DNA of 59,277 nt, from positions 1 through 59,277 of the IMG/VR virus record IMGVR_UViG_3300036901_000095; one strand, written 5' to 3'. The stretch comes from a virus (taxonomy: Duplodnaviria > Caudoviricetes). Below the pieces are notes generated by a model. It ran no database searches and had not been told where the DNA came from. It worked only from the letters and a program-made list of their open reading frames with translations. The first letter of the stretch is position 1, and the number at the start of each line of letters is the position of its first letter. A program made the translations under genes and the position numbers. Below are positions 9,678 through 19,657 of the stretch, piece by piece.

Positions 9678-10859
9678 ATGAATGTATTTTACGGTGAAGT
9701 GGTGGAGGAGTCGCAGTCATGGATCGTTCTGCCCAATTCCTTACCACCCGGTTTTACTCAAACCCCCAAAGATGGTTTATATTACAGCCATTCCAGGTAC
9801 TCCACACGCCATGACAGCAGAATTCCTCGTGATATAAATTACCTGCTCGACGGAATATTGGAGCAGGTTAAGGCGGGAAACCATGAACATCAACACCGTA
9901 AGATAGCTTACTCGGTCGGCGTGTTGCTGAATTTCAAGACCTGTGTCAAGGCTGTGGTTTCGTGTTTGGCGACATCCGCTGTCATTAAACTCATTGATCC
10001 TAATCATGATGTGATTTATCATGATCAGATTCGTGGTAAGAACCTCAACTTTGGACTCGCCGAGGGGAGCCATCGCCTCGACACGCGCGGCGCTTATACG
10101 GAACCGGTGGCTGACTGGTTCAGGAAATCCATCGGCAAAGACCTGTCAGTGCCGGAAATTGGTCGTGTCGGCATCAGCCAACCTCATCCGTACGACAGTA
10201 ACTATCCCAATCTCTTCAGGAAAAAGGAAGTGCATGGCATATTTCTGACACTCATAAGAGCCATTCAATATGGCGGTGATTCCGAGCGTCATACCGTGTT
10301 GTTCGAGATGATGAAGAGGTTTCATGAGGATTCACTCAAGGCTGGCCGGAAGATCACGATAAAGAATCGCTCGGTCCTGGATGTCATGACCAAGTTCATT
10401 ATCGATTCTCCATCAATTCGCATGCCATTCGCCGTCCAGGCAATCGTTGCGTCCATATACCCAGCCGAGACGCTCACGCTCAAACGACATACCGCCAATG
10501 ACCATCACGGCGTTGGCGACGTGGAGGTGATGAGAGACGGACGCTACATCAAGGCGTTCGATCCCAAGCTGACCATCGATGAAAGTGGCATCCGCAGAAT
10601 TGATCATAAGATCGCGGAGAATGGTTGCTGTGATGACTTTACCATCATCGTGTTCAAGCAGTACAAGCATCCGTGGCCAGATGGACTGAAATCTGGCGTG
10701 TTGAAACTCATGACCATGCAGCAGTTCCTGAACAATCACCTGGGACCCGGTGGTCTCGTTATCGCTGAAGATGTATTGTCTCGTCTGCAAGCGATTGTTT
10801 CTGATCACGGCGATTTTGAAGATCAAATTCAACTAAAAAATATCCTTGAGAACTGCTAA
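9678..10859 (+). CDS. putative type II restriction endonuclease (SacI-like)
   Basis: QPHPYDSNY and HTANDHHGVGDVEV...AFDPK catalytic-type motif; stop abuts the MTase start. Confidence 0.55.
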   Translation: MNVFYGEVVEESQSWIVLPNSLPPGFTQTPKDGLYYSHSRYSTRHDSRIPRDINYLLDGILEQVKAGNHEHQHRKIAYSVGVLLNFKTCVKAVVSCLATSAVIKLIDPNHDVIYHDQIRGKNLNFGLAEGSHRLDTRGAYTEPVADWFRKSIGKDLSVPEIGRVGISQPHPYDSNYPNLFRKKEVHGIFLTLIRAIQYGGDSERHTVLFEMMKRFHEDSLKAGRKITIKNRSVLDVMTKFIIDSPSIRMPFAVQAIVASIYPAETLTLKRHTANDHHGVGDVEVMRDGRYIKAFDPKLTIDESGIRRIDHKIAENGCCDDFTIIVFKQYKHPWPDGLKSGVLKLMTMQQFLNNHLGPGGLVIAEDVLSRLQAIVSDHGDFEDQIQLKNILENC

Positions 10860-11945
10860 ATGACATTTGTGGACGTCGATGACGTGATTTTGGGTGACAG
10901 CTTAGAACTATTGCAAGACATCGAGAGATTCCCCGACGACACCTTTGACGCCGTTATGACCTCTCCGCCTTACTTTCAACAGCGTCATTATAACGATGTT
11001 GGAATGGGGTTCGAGGTCACTCAACAAGAATATCTCGACAAGCTGCTGCGATTGTTCGAGCAATGCATCCGGGTGGTGAAACCGACCGGCTCGATTGTGT
11101 TCAACCTCGGCGACAAATACGTGGGTGGCTCGCTGGCGCTTCTACCTTACAAGTTCGCCATCGCCGCCAGCGAGAGATTTCCGGTCAGCCTCATTAACAC
11201 GGTGACCTGGATCAAGTCCAATCCGACACCGCGCCAGGACCAGAGCAAGCTGATCAACGCCACCGAGCCGTTCTTCGTCTTTACCAAGACGAAGAACTAT
11301 CATTTCAACTCGGATTTGTATCAGACGCATCTGGACAAGACACCAGACAAAGTCGGTGACAATGTTGGCTCCATGTATTTCACCATGATCGACGCCTCGA
11401 CGCTGAGTGAAGATGAGAAGCAAGCCGCCAGGATCGCCCTCACCAGCGCGATCCAAGAGGCCAAGAACGGCCTGATCACCGGCCTGCGGATGAAGATACG
11501 CGGCATCCACGCATTGGCGTACGGTGGCCTTGAGGGTGGCCGCAACAATCAGATCGAAACCAAGGGGTTCACCATCATCAAATTGCGAGGGAAAACCCTG
11601 AAGAAGGACGTTCTTCGAGAAGATGTCATCGAGACCAACGTCGAAACGATCAAAGGCAACAAGCACCCGGCGATTTTTCCTCAGACGATCATCGAGGAAC
11701 TCATCCGGCTGCTCACGCCAGAGAACGGAATAGTGTTTGATCCCTTCAATGGCAGCGCCACTACATCCATCGCCGCCATGAACACGAATCGGCACTATTG
11801 CGGAATCGAGATTGATCCTGCTTATCTGGCCATTGGTCATGATCGAATTGAGAAGTATGAGATGGATTGTAATGCAACCACGTCGAAAGTCAAACCTGTT
11901 GCGTCCATAACAGAACTAGAATGGATCACGATAGGAACTAACTAA
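10860..11945 (+). CDS. N4C/N6A DNA methyltransferase, beta class
   Basis: MTSPPY, HPAIFP, FDPFNGSATT. Confidence 0.92.
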   Translation: MTFVDVDDVILGDSLELLQDIERFPDDTFDAVMTSPPYFQQRHYNDVGMGFEVTQQEYLDKLLRLFEQCIRVVKPTGSIVFNLGDKYVGGSLALLPYKFAIAASERFPVSLINTVTWIKSNPTPRQDQSKLINATEPFFVFTKTKNYHFNSDLYQTHLDKTPDKVGDNVGSMYFTMIDASTLSEDEKQAARIALTSAIQEAKNGLITGLRMKIRGIHALAYGGLEGGRNNQIETKGFTIIKLRGKTLKKDVLREDVIETNVETIKGNKHPAIFPQTIIEELIRLLTPENGIVFDPFNGSATTSIAAMNTNRHYCGIEIDPAYLAIGHDRIEKYEMDCNATTSKVKPVASITELEWITIGTN

Positions 11946-12032
11946 ATTCGAAATGCATCACATTTTCGGTTGCGCGCGACCGCTTCTTTCCGCTAGGTGT
12001 TTGGTTCCACGACATTTGAAAGTCAGTCCGAT

Positions 12033-12644
12033 ATGTCCGAATCACAATCGAAAGTCACCACGGTGGATGTACAAACGATCATCGATGACAAACCAGGATT
12101 GCTCGTTAGCGAATACTCCGAAATGAGCGGTTGGCCGCAACCAGAAATCGAGAACTATCTGGCATCCGAAGAGGGTCAGAAACGCGTTTGTCTTGGTATG
12201 GTGGCGATGCTCGCCGGTACCAAGACTTTTCCGGCGTGGGCGGTCGACTACTCTGGCAACTTCATGACGGAAATTCCAATTCGCAAGGCTCCCAAGGCCG
12301 CTAAAGCACTTGTCACGCTGCCGGACCCTCCGAAGAGCGGTGTCCCCCAATACGATGAAGCGGTGCGGGATAGTCATGAATATGATCGGGCTTTATTGGC
12401 TCGTGTTCCGCAAACCAAGCACAGCATCGCCAGCGTCAATTTGAAAATGTCTGGGAAGATACGGGAATCGGAATTCGTCAAGCACCAGGGTGAGATGGTT
12501 GATTCTTCGAACCGAACCAGTGACGCGCTCGAAACGGCGGTCATGGCTCAGCGAAGTGAGATAGGCTCACTCAAAATGGTGATACAAATGAAGGACCAGG
12601 AAATCGAGACACTCAAGACCGAACTCAGCAAGCGTCATCTGTGA
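12033..12644 (+). CDS. hypothetical protein with C-terminal coiled coil
   Basis: ORF with typical codon usage; heptad-like C-terminus. Confidence 0.6.
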   Translation: MSESQSKVTTVDVQTIIDDKPGLLVSEYSEMSGWPQPEIENYLASEEGQKRVCLGMVAMLAGTKTFPAWAVDYSGNFMTEIPIRKAPKAAKALVTLPDPPKSGVPQYDEAVRDSHEYDRALLARVPQTKHSIASVNLKMSGKIRESEFVKHQGEMVDSSNRTSDALETAVMAQRSEIGSLKMVIQMKDQEIETLKTELSKRHL

Positions 12645-12647
12645 TCC

Positions 12648-13442
12648 ATGGTCGAAACCACCGTCAAGACCAAGATTGAAAAGAGAGTCACCCCGCTGCT
12701 GAAGTCGCTTCTCAGAGCAGCGGGGTCCGTGTTGGAGGAACTGAAAATCGCCACACAAGAGAACAGCAACGCGCTGGCGCTCATGTGCGCGCTGGTTGGT
12801 CCTGAGAATGTTGACGGCGTGTTCGTGACCCTACAGGAGGAAAAATCCCTCGACGAGATCATCTCTGAAAATAAGGTCAGAAGAGAACTGTTTGATATCC
12901 AGAATAATCCGGAGAAGTATCGGGATCGGGTGAGCGGTCTCGAAACTGATATTGATCGCCTTCAGGCTGAGAACGAGGAACTGCGCAACTCTCGGGTACA
13001 AAGCGCATCCTCGCCACAACTACCTCGCGCGTCGCCAAAAAGCGCCAAAGCCTCGATATCCGTTACCGGACGATTGAACAAAAAAGTCACCCGTCTCCAT
13101 TTGGCGATAATTCGTTTCGTTGGCAAACACGAAGATCAAGGGATCAATGCGACTGAACCTGGGGTTTACGAGGAAGTCATACGTTTCAGGGGTATAGACC
13201 TGGAAGCTGAACACAAGGCCAATCCCAGGTATCGACATCCCGCCGCGCCGCGCATACCAGAACTTTGCACGCCACATGTATATGGTCATACGTTGCTTGA
13301 ACGCGTGAAGATAGATGGAATAATGACATGCAGGCTCACTGAGGTGGGACGAAAGGTCTATGAAGCCAATCGTGAGCCTAGTCAGGCTCATGTTGAAGCT
13401 TTTGATCCACTTCAATCACCTTCACGACGGTCACTGTGCTGA
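12648..13442 (+). CDS. coiled-coil plus winged-helix-like protein
   Basis: LETDIDRLQAENEEL coiled coil; C-terminal HP..PR..EL...G..LLE.V...LT..G domain. Confidence 0.6.
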   Translation: MVETTVKTKIEKRVTPLLKSLLRAAGSVLEELKIATQENSNALALMCALVGPENVDGVFVTLQEEKSLDEIISENKVRRELFDIQNNPEKYRDRVSGLETDIDRLQAENEELRNSRVQSASSPQLPRASPKSAKASISVTGRLNKKVTRLHLAIIRFVGKHEDQGINATEPGVYEEVIRFRGIDLEAEHKANPRYRHPAAPRIPELCTPHVYGHTLLERVKIDGIMTCRLTEVGRKVYEANREPSQAHVEAFDPLQSPSRRSLC

Positions 13443-13472
13443 TCTGGGTGGCGGCGTCAAACACCACCCAGA
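13443..13472. terminator. hairpin between convergent genes
   Basis: 9-bp stem TCTGGGTGG/CCACCCAGA. Confidence 0.55.
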
Positions 13473-13604
13473 CCATTAGTTCTTCAAAGAAGAATCGACG
13501 GAAGGAATTGTTCATCATGGACGGTTATCTTCGGAGTGTGATCTTTTTCTCTTTCAGCCGTTTCAGTACGTCTTGATTGTGCGTGACATTACGCATCATT
13601 CTTA

Positions 13605-15455
13605 CTAAGCTTGCAACTTTGGTTTACGGCCCCTCTTCGCCGGAATCTTCTTGACGGTGTCCTCGGTCTCGGATTTGTTGTTGGCGTCGTCTCGTTGATC
13701 CATTTCGTTATCGACTTGACGTGCGAATGAGGGACTGACCCCAGCCATTATCAACAGGTCATCACGAATGTTCTGATTTCTTTTTTCCAAATTGAGCACA
13801 CGGGTGAAGCAGTGTTTGATTACCTGAGTTAGGAAACTAAACGGATTACTAGACCTAGATTCATCAAATTGTAGACCTACAGCGGCGAGATGTACTAAAG
13901 CGTGGGCTCGCATTTCGTCGACATACGTGTTTCCTGTCAGATAGATGTAGCCGTTTCTTCTGGCCATGAATGAGCCATACTCGGTCTCCGGACACCAAAC
14001 GCGTCCCTGATAGTCAACGGTCGGTACGTTTTGATGGTGTTCTTTTCCTCTACCGCTTCCACTTCTTTTGCCACCGTGGAAGTCGATGTTCTCGACGTTC
14101 GAGCTATTGGTCCGGGAAAAGATGTTCATCTGATAAATCTGGGTCGGCTTGCCAGACGATTCGATGTCTTGCAGCTTAGCGGAGACCCGATATCCGGCTA
14201 ACGTGCAAAGTGCCGCGAAGGCATCGACGTGTCTGATATCCTTTTGGCAGTACCTGCGTGACACTGTTTTGCACTCCTGTATGGTCCGCCAGCCATCGGC
14301 GTCGATCATCGTGTTGATCAGCAACTCTCTTTGGGCTTGTGACAATGAGAGAATGAACGGCATCGACATGATCCTGTCTCCAGCGACCGCCATGATTTGC
14401 TCAGATATCGCTTTCGACAGATTGAAAGCGACTGTCGGTTTACCGTTCTCTCGATTGTCCCTGTGAAACTCGCTGTATTGTACATCCAAGGTATTCAAGC
14501 AGGCCCTAATCCGCTCCGCGTAGTCGCCCTCGTTCTGAAAGATCGTCATGCGGCAATAATTTCGTTCTTCCGAGAAATAGTAATTGCCCTCGGTCACGAT
14601 CCAGCCGATGAGTTCCACGAAGGCATCACTGTACGTAGTGCTACCATCCTCAACATACTCTCCGGTAAGGATGATCTTATCCTTTTCCAGGAGAAGCTCG
14701 ACCTCCTTCAATCCCTTGTCAGTGACGAACTTATGATGCGGTGTCACCAATGCATCCATGCCAACAACGGTCAGATGAAACATCTTGCCATCGTAATCAT
14801 CCCTGAAGATGGATTTGATGCGAGACCATTTCAGTTTGTCATCATCATACGAGAGGATGATATCATCCTCCGTGATGTCATTGATACCAAGCCAGCCGCG
14901 TTGGGTTAGAGCCTCGGTTTCCTGATCGACACAATATCCTCTCCAGTTTCCTCGATGCGAATACTGTTCCGCGAGCAACATGAACATCTGCGCCAGTCGG
15001 TTCGACATCTTCCCATCGACGAGGCTAAATCGACCATTATGCAAGCCATCACGCCAGTGTGAGCGACCCACCTCGACCGGGTAACCATCGACCACGATGT
15101 AGTGACTAAATGGCGGGAAGTTCGGCTTCGTCACCCATTCCCCTCTGCTCGATTTCTTGCGCCGTTTCTCATCCGTTTCATGCGGCAAGTGTGCGTCGGT
15201 CATCACACGAAACACGACACTTTCAGGATTGATCGTCGAAGGATCAACGATGTTGGTCTTGCTCGACAGCTTGGCTGCCTTGATGAGGATGGTCGCCGCT
15301 AGCAGTTCCGGTGTGAGTAGATCGAGCGATGAGATCACGGCGTCGAAACTTGAATACTCAGGTGAAATAAAATAACAGAAACTTGCTTTGCTGCGGCCAA
15401 TCTCGACCAATAGTTCTTTATTCGAAATGTACTTGACTTTAACCGGAGGAATCAT
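13605..15455 (-). CDS. gp55: late-transcription sigma factor (T4 gp55-like), intein-containing
   Basis: KYISNKELL; exteins join as YSHRGNWRGY|TYVDEMRAHAL...QFDESRSSNPFSFLTQ...EKRNQNIRD. Confidence 0.88.
   Translation of the reverse strand: MIPPVKVKYISNKELLVEIGRSKASFCYFISPEYSSFDAVISSLDLLTPELLAATILIKAAKLSSKTNIVDPSTINPESVVFRVMTDAHLPHETDEKRRKKSSRGEWVTKPNFPPFSHYIVVDGYPVEVGRSHWRDGLHNGRFSLVDGKMSNRLAQMFMLLAEQYSHRGNWRGYCVDQETEALTQRGWLGINDITEDDIILSYDDDKLKWSRIKSIFRDDYDGKMFHLTVVGMDALVTPHHKFVTDKGLKEVELLLEKDKIILTGEYVEDGSTTYSDAFVELIGWIVTEGNYYFSEERNYCRMTIFQNEGDYAERIRACLNTLDVQYSEFHRDNRENGKPTVAFNLSKAISEQIMAVAGDRIMSMPFILSLSQAQRELLINTMIDADGWRTIQECKTVSRRYCQKDIRHVDAFAALCTLAGYRVSAKLQDIESSGKPTQIYQMNIFSRTNSSNVENIDFHGGKRSGSGRGKEHHQNVPTVDYQGRVWCPETEYGSFMARRNGYIYLTGNTYVDEMRAHALVHLAAVGLQFDESRSSNPFSFLTQVIKHCFTRVLNLEKRNQNIRDDLLIMAGVSPSFARQVDNEMDQRDDANNKSETEDTVKKIPAKRGRKPKLQA
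13929..14933 (-). mobile_element. intein (335 aa) with LAGLIDADG homing endonuclease
   Basis: Starts CVDQETEALTQRGW, block B VTPHHKF, LIGWIVTEG and MIDADG motifs, ends VWCPET...YLTGN followed by Thr+1. Confidence 0.92.
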
Positions 15456-15544
15456 GATTTTCGTTTCTTTTTTATGGTGAACTTCAACATAACAGAAACG
15501 CGCCTGAGAATACAACCCCATGAAATATCTGGCTTTAATTCCAC

Positions 15545-15552
15545 CATAAATA
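15545..15552 (+). promoter_or_regulatory. T4-type late promoter
   Basis: CATAAATA before the baseplate operon. Equivalent boxes: 5002(-), 22144, 26709, 31108(-), 31167, 33223, 38346(-), 40627, 45721, 47388(-), 48945(-), 51401(-), 51921(-), 55344, 56245, 58454. Confidence 0.75.
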
Positions 15553-15578
15553 GCAAGATACAATGGGATTAAGAACAG

Positions 15579-16517
15579 ATGAGTGGTTTTCAATCTGACA
15601 GCGCGGCATCAGCGCCATCGACTGGATTTCTTGGCGGCGCGCAATCCGACAGTGCCGCATCGGCTCCGGTCACGCAGGTACCGGTCGCTGGCAACACGGT
15701 GGCGGGCGCGGCGTCGCCCATTGGCAGTGCCACCTCGGGTAATCCCATAACCGGCAGTGCGATCACTGCTTCTCCCGACATGCGCATCAGACTGGCGGCG
15801 TTGAACCCTGCGGCAGTTTATCAGAATTCTCCCATTATGTCAATTTTAAGTCAGACCAATGGCATGTTATTTCCTTACACACCATCGATCACGGTGACGC
15901 AAGGCGTGGATTACGCAGCCATACAATTGGTACACTCTAACACTGATTATCAGGCGTATACCCGTACACCATCGGTAAAAATCTCGATAAATGGCAAATT
16001 CACTGTGCAGAATCAGCGCGAAGGTCAGTACGCGATGGCGGCGATTCATTTTCTCCGAACGGTGTCGAAATCTTACTTCGGTGAGAAGGACGCGATGACG
16101 ACCAATTCAGCGGCGAGTCCTTTGACGAACACCGCCAATACGCCAATCAGCGGTCTCATGTCGCCATCGAGCAATGCTGGCGGAGGCAACGCCGGACTGC
16201 CACCTCCTGTTCTGTTGTTCAGTGGTTACGGAAACTTAATGTTCAATAACTTAAGAGTCATTCTGACTAACCATACATACACCTTCGATGAAACCATGGA
16301 CACGGTTCCGGTGATTATTTCTTCACAGGGTTTCAACAGTCTTGGCGCGCTGCTGGGCGGAGCGACATCGGGAGGGATCGTGCGTCTGCCAGCCATGTTC
16401 ACGCTATCCTGTGAACTGACCGTGATACAGACACCGAAACGCATGAGAAAAGTCTTCAGTTTCGAGGATTTCGCCAACGGAAAACTGATGAACAGCACTG
16501 ACGGAGGATGGATTTAA
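15579..16517 (+). CDS. baseplate/tail-tube-initiator-like virion protein
   Basis: FPYTPSI...IHFLRTVSK...PPPVLLFSGYG motifs seen in myophage baseplate operons; late promoter. Confidence 0.65.
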   Translation: MSGFQSDSAASAPSTGFLGGAQSDSAASAPVTQVPVAGNTVAGAASPIGSATSGNPITGSAITASPDMRIRLAALNPAAVYQNSPIMSILSQTNGMLFPYTPSITVTQGVDYAAIQLVHSNTDYQAYTRTPSVKISINGKFTVQNQREGQYAMAAIHFLRTVSKSYFGEKDAMTTNSAASPLTNTANTPISGLMSPSSNAGGGNAGLPPPVLLFSGYGNLMFNNLRVILTNHTYTFDETMDTVPVIISSQGFNSLGALLGGATSGGIVRLPAMFTLSCELTVIQTPKRMRKVFSFEDFANGKLMNSTDGGWI

Positions 16518-16518
16518 C

Positions 16519-16824
16519 ATGAGTATCATCACCTATCCTCCCAATTCCGCTTATTTCAGCACCACCCAGACCAGTTGGCACATCAATCAGTTCGTGATGC
16601 GAAAGATTCGTCCTAATGCTGGCGACACTCTCATAACATTGACGCAAATGTACCAGTATCGTCCTGATCGTCTGGCTTATGATCTGTATCGTTCATCGTC
16701 ATATTGGTGGATATTCGCGGTACGCAACCCCTTCCTCAGACCGGACCCGATCTGGAATTTCATTGTTGGGGTGACGCTCACCGTGCCGTCCGCGAGTTAT
16801 CTTACCAGCGTGTTGGGAAGCTGA
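16519..16824 (+). CDS. gp53: baseplate wedge subunit (gp53-like, LysM-like)
   Basis: YQYRPDRLAYDLY....WWIFA.RN. Confidence 0.75.
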   Translation: MSIITYPPNSAYFSTTQTSWHINQFVMRKIRPNAGDTLITLTQMYQYRPDRLAYDLYRSSSYWWIFAVRNPFLRPDPIWNFIVGVTLTVPSASYLTSVLGS

Positions 16825-16828
16825 AATC

Positions 16829-19651
16829 ATGGCCGTCACCAACAATGTTCCGCTCCAGCCTGGTGGTACTCCTGTCGCTCGCGATCCGACAACCGGATAC
16901 CCGTTGGCTCCGCAAAGCATGACCAGCACCACCACCGATTCCAATTTGCCCGCGCCCGTGCCAGCGACATCTGTTCCAAGCGCGGCGCACGATCCTAGTG
17001 ATTCACCGACCTCGGCCCAGACTCCAGGAGCGTTGCCAGATGGGGGAGGAGGCGGTAGCTCGACTCCTACTCCGCCCCCGTCTCAGGTCACCACCCCTCC
17101 CAGCAGCCCAACGGGACCGGCCACGCCCCCGACGACCTCCACCACTCCGATATCTCCCACCAATCCCACGACATCCGACTACGCGTCATTGTCGCAGGCA
17201 TTGCTGGGTGTCACCGAAGCAAATTCGCTGAACGCGTATTACAACCCGACCTATCATTTTCGCCTGTTTGTGGCTGGTGACGCCGACATTATGACGCAGG
17301 CGCAAAACAATATCGCCAACATCACCAGCGGCGCGGTGCCCCAGGTGACCATCGTGGAAAGCGGTGTCACGGGTGCCAGCATCAGGAATGTGGAAATCAA
17401 CACGTTTCTGTCGCACACCGGTCCTGCGAAAGACCAATATCTTCAGGACCTCACGATGACGGTCATCGATCCTCTTGGCATGTCATTTCTCGATGGTCTG
17501 GTCGAGGCCGCAGGAATCATGGGTTCGAGCAACTATACAAAAATGCCGTATTACGTACAGCTTACATTCAAGGCATATGATGAACAGGGCTATCCGATGC
17601 AAGCCGCCAATCTTCCAAATGGCGGTGTCTGGATTTGGGCGGTGCTCATCACCGGCATTGAAGTCAAGATAACCGAAGCTGGTGGAGTATTCGACCTCCA
17701 AATGGTTCCCACCGGAACCGGGGGTTCGCCTGATTGCAACAAAAACGAAGAGCAACGAAATCCCCAGGCACTGGTCGTCTCCGGCAAGACCGTGAGCGAG
17801 ATTTTTCAGGACTTCACCACCCAGATCAATAATTCATGGAAGAACAGCACGGGCGGTCCTCTCGTTCAGATCGCCGTTGTCACGCATCCAATCACGATAG
17901 GGCCAACCAACGCCATCGGGTTGAACCCTGGTAATTTCAAGATGAAATCCACGCTGCCATTCCAAAGCTCGGAACGAACATGGCAATTCTCGGCAACCGC
18001 CGGGGATGATGGCAAGGTAACATGTCATGTGCCGCCCAACGCCTCGGTTAGTGAATTTCTGACGGCGACGATCAAATCCACCGAACAGGCGCAGGCATTG
18101 ATGAAGGATCAACCGATCACCACTCAGACCGATTCATCGACCGCGCAGGTTAACAGTCGAGGCTATCGGGATTCCGTGTTGTTCTCGGTGGAGGTTGATC
18201 CGATGAATGTCAATTTCGACACGAACACCAACAACTACATGAAACAGGTAACGTTTCACGTGGTGGCGCATTCTACCCAAAGTGTGATCCTGGGTCCGGT
18301 TCAACTCGCGCAGGCCACCACACCTCAGATTCAGAACGCGATGCTTCAAAATTTCATCTCAAAAGGGATGATAAAAAAGCGTTACGATTATATCTACACC
18401 GGACTGAATACCGAGGTGCTTGATTTTCAGATCGAATGCAATCTCGCGTTCAGTGTCACCTTGTCGAAATATGCTGGTTCACGCGCCGGATACAACAACA
18501 CGAGTGTCAACAGCGTGCTGAGCGGTGGCAACACGAATCCGCAAGGCACTTTGAATGAGGCGAGCGCCGCGTTGAAGGTTGATCCAGGTAATAATAACAG
18601 CACGGTGCCGGTCGCATCCGGTTCAACACCGACGAATACCGCGTCAGGTGCCACGAATTCGGGCGGTTCGATAGCCACGTCGGGTGCCACGGCCGCCAGC
18701 ATGACCACGCCCGCCGCGAATTCCAATCCGATATCGACGAGCACGCCAGCGGTCAGTGGAATCGCTCCCACCAGTTCGACCTCGGCTCCGGGAGTCGCCG
18801 CCACGTCGCAAGTGACCACCAACAGTACAACACCGTCGCAGATTAGCGCGAGCCAGAACATTTATGTTGAAGACGTATTGGCGAGTCAATTTAGTCAGCA
18901 GCCTAATGTTCCAATTTCGTTCAAATACGGCAACAATGACACCCAGCAGGAATCCGGCAGCCGGGTGAATCCTGGGCAGTTTCACAGGGATCAATCCGTC
19001 ATAGGATCAATTTTCACACAGATGTATCAGGGCACCAATTGCGGCGGTTTAGGTGAAAACAAATTCTTCACCATACACCTGGACATCAGAGGTGATCCAT
19101 ACTGGATCGGTCAGACCAATCTCAACCGGGTCGCGGTGATTCGCGATTTTCAGAACAATACCCCAACGTATGATCCCAAGTCATCGCCTGATTTTATTTC
19201 GTGCAAAGAACTGATTTATCTGCATTTTCGGTATCCGTTGACGGTCGGCGACGATTTCGTGCCGATCCTGACATCCAGTGAGACATTCAACGCCTTGTAT
19301 GAGGTTTATGAGGTCAAGCACAGTTTCTCGGATGGCGTGTTCAAACAAACCCTGACCGCGTTCATCCATCCCCTGATCGCGGATAATATGGGGCAAAACG
19401 CCGCGAGCGCATCTCCGTCCTCGGGTGGACCACCCGCGTCTCCGCAGGCCGGTCCCACGGCTCCCGCCGCCAGCACTGGACCGTCTTCATTTCATGACAA
19501 GGATAGTAGTGAATCACCGAACCTTCCGGCGACACCAACATCGCCAAGCGCGGCGGGTGATCAGTTCCAACCCAATCCGACGAATCCGTTGCCCGCCACG
19601 CCAACCACGGTTCCGCCATCAGAAGTTACCTACGGCACCCCAACACCATGA
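16829..19651 (+). CDS. baseplate hub-like protein with Pro/Thr/Ser-rich termini
   Basis: Lies between gp53 and gp5; YDYIYTGLNTEVL, IRGDPYWIG, V.HSF..G.F.QTL motifs. Confidence 0.6.
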   Translation: MAVTNNVPLQPGGTPVARDPTTGYPLAPQSMTSTTTDSNLPAPVPATSVPSAAHDPSDSPTSAQTPGALPDGGGGGSSTPTPPPSQVTTPPSSPTGPATPPTTSTTPISPTNPTTSDYASLSQALLGVTEANSLNAYYNPTYHFRLFVAGDADIMTQAQNNIANITSGAVPQVTIVESGVTGASIRNVEINTFLSHTGPAKDQYLQDLTMTVIDPLGMSFLDGLVEAAGIMGSSNYTKMPYYVQLTFKAYDEQGYPMQAANLPNGGVWIWAVLITGIEVKITEAGGVFDLQMVPTGTGGSPDCNKNEEQRNPQALVVSGKTVSEIFQDFTTQINNSWKNSTGGPLVQIAVVTHPITIGPTNAIGLNPGNFKMKSTLPFQSSERTWQFSATAGDDGKVTCHVPPNASVSEFLTATIKSTEQAQALMKDQPITTQTDSSTAQVNSRGYRDSVLFSVEVDPMNVNFDTNTNNYMKQVTFHVVAHSTQSVILGPVQLAQATTPQIQNAMLQNFISKGMIKKRYDYIYTGLNTEVLDFQIECNLAFSVTLSKYAGSRAGYNNTSVNSVLSGGNTNPQGTLNEASAALKVDPGNNNSTVPVASGSTPTNTASGATNSGGSIATSGATAASMTTPAANSNPISTSTPAVSGIAPTSSTSAPGVAATSQVTTNSTTPSQISASQNIYVEDVLASQFSQQPNVPISFKYGNNDTQQESGSRVNPGQFHRDQSVIGSIFTQMYQGTNCGGLGENKFFTIHLDIRGDPYWIGQTNLNRVAVIRDFQNNTPTYDPKSSPDFISCKELIYLHFRYPLTVGDDFVPILTSSETFNALYEVYEVKHSFSDGVFKQTLTAFIHPLIADNMGQNAASASPSSGGPPASPQAGPTAPAASTGPSSFHDKDSSESPNLPATPTSPSAAGDQFQPNPTNPLPATPTTVPPSEVTYGTPTP

Positions 19652-19657
19652 GGCATC

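Noticed and set aside
15588-15670. Duplicated QSDSAASAP peptide as a functional repeat element
   Set aside because: Only two copies within a low-complexity N-terminal tail; no further structure.
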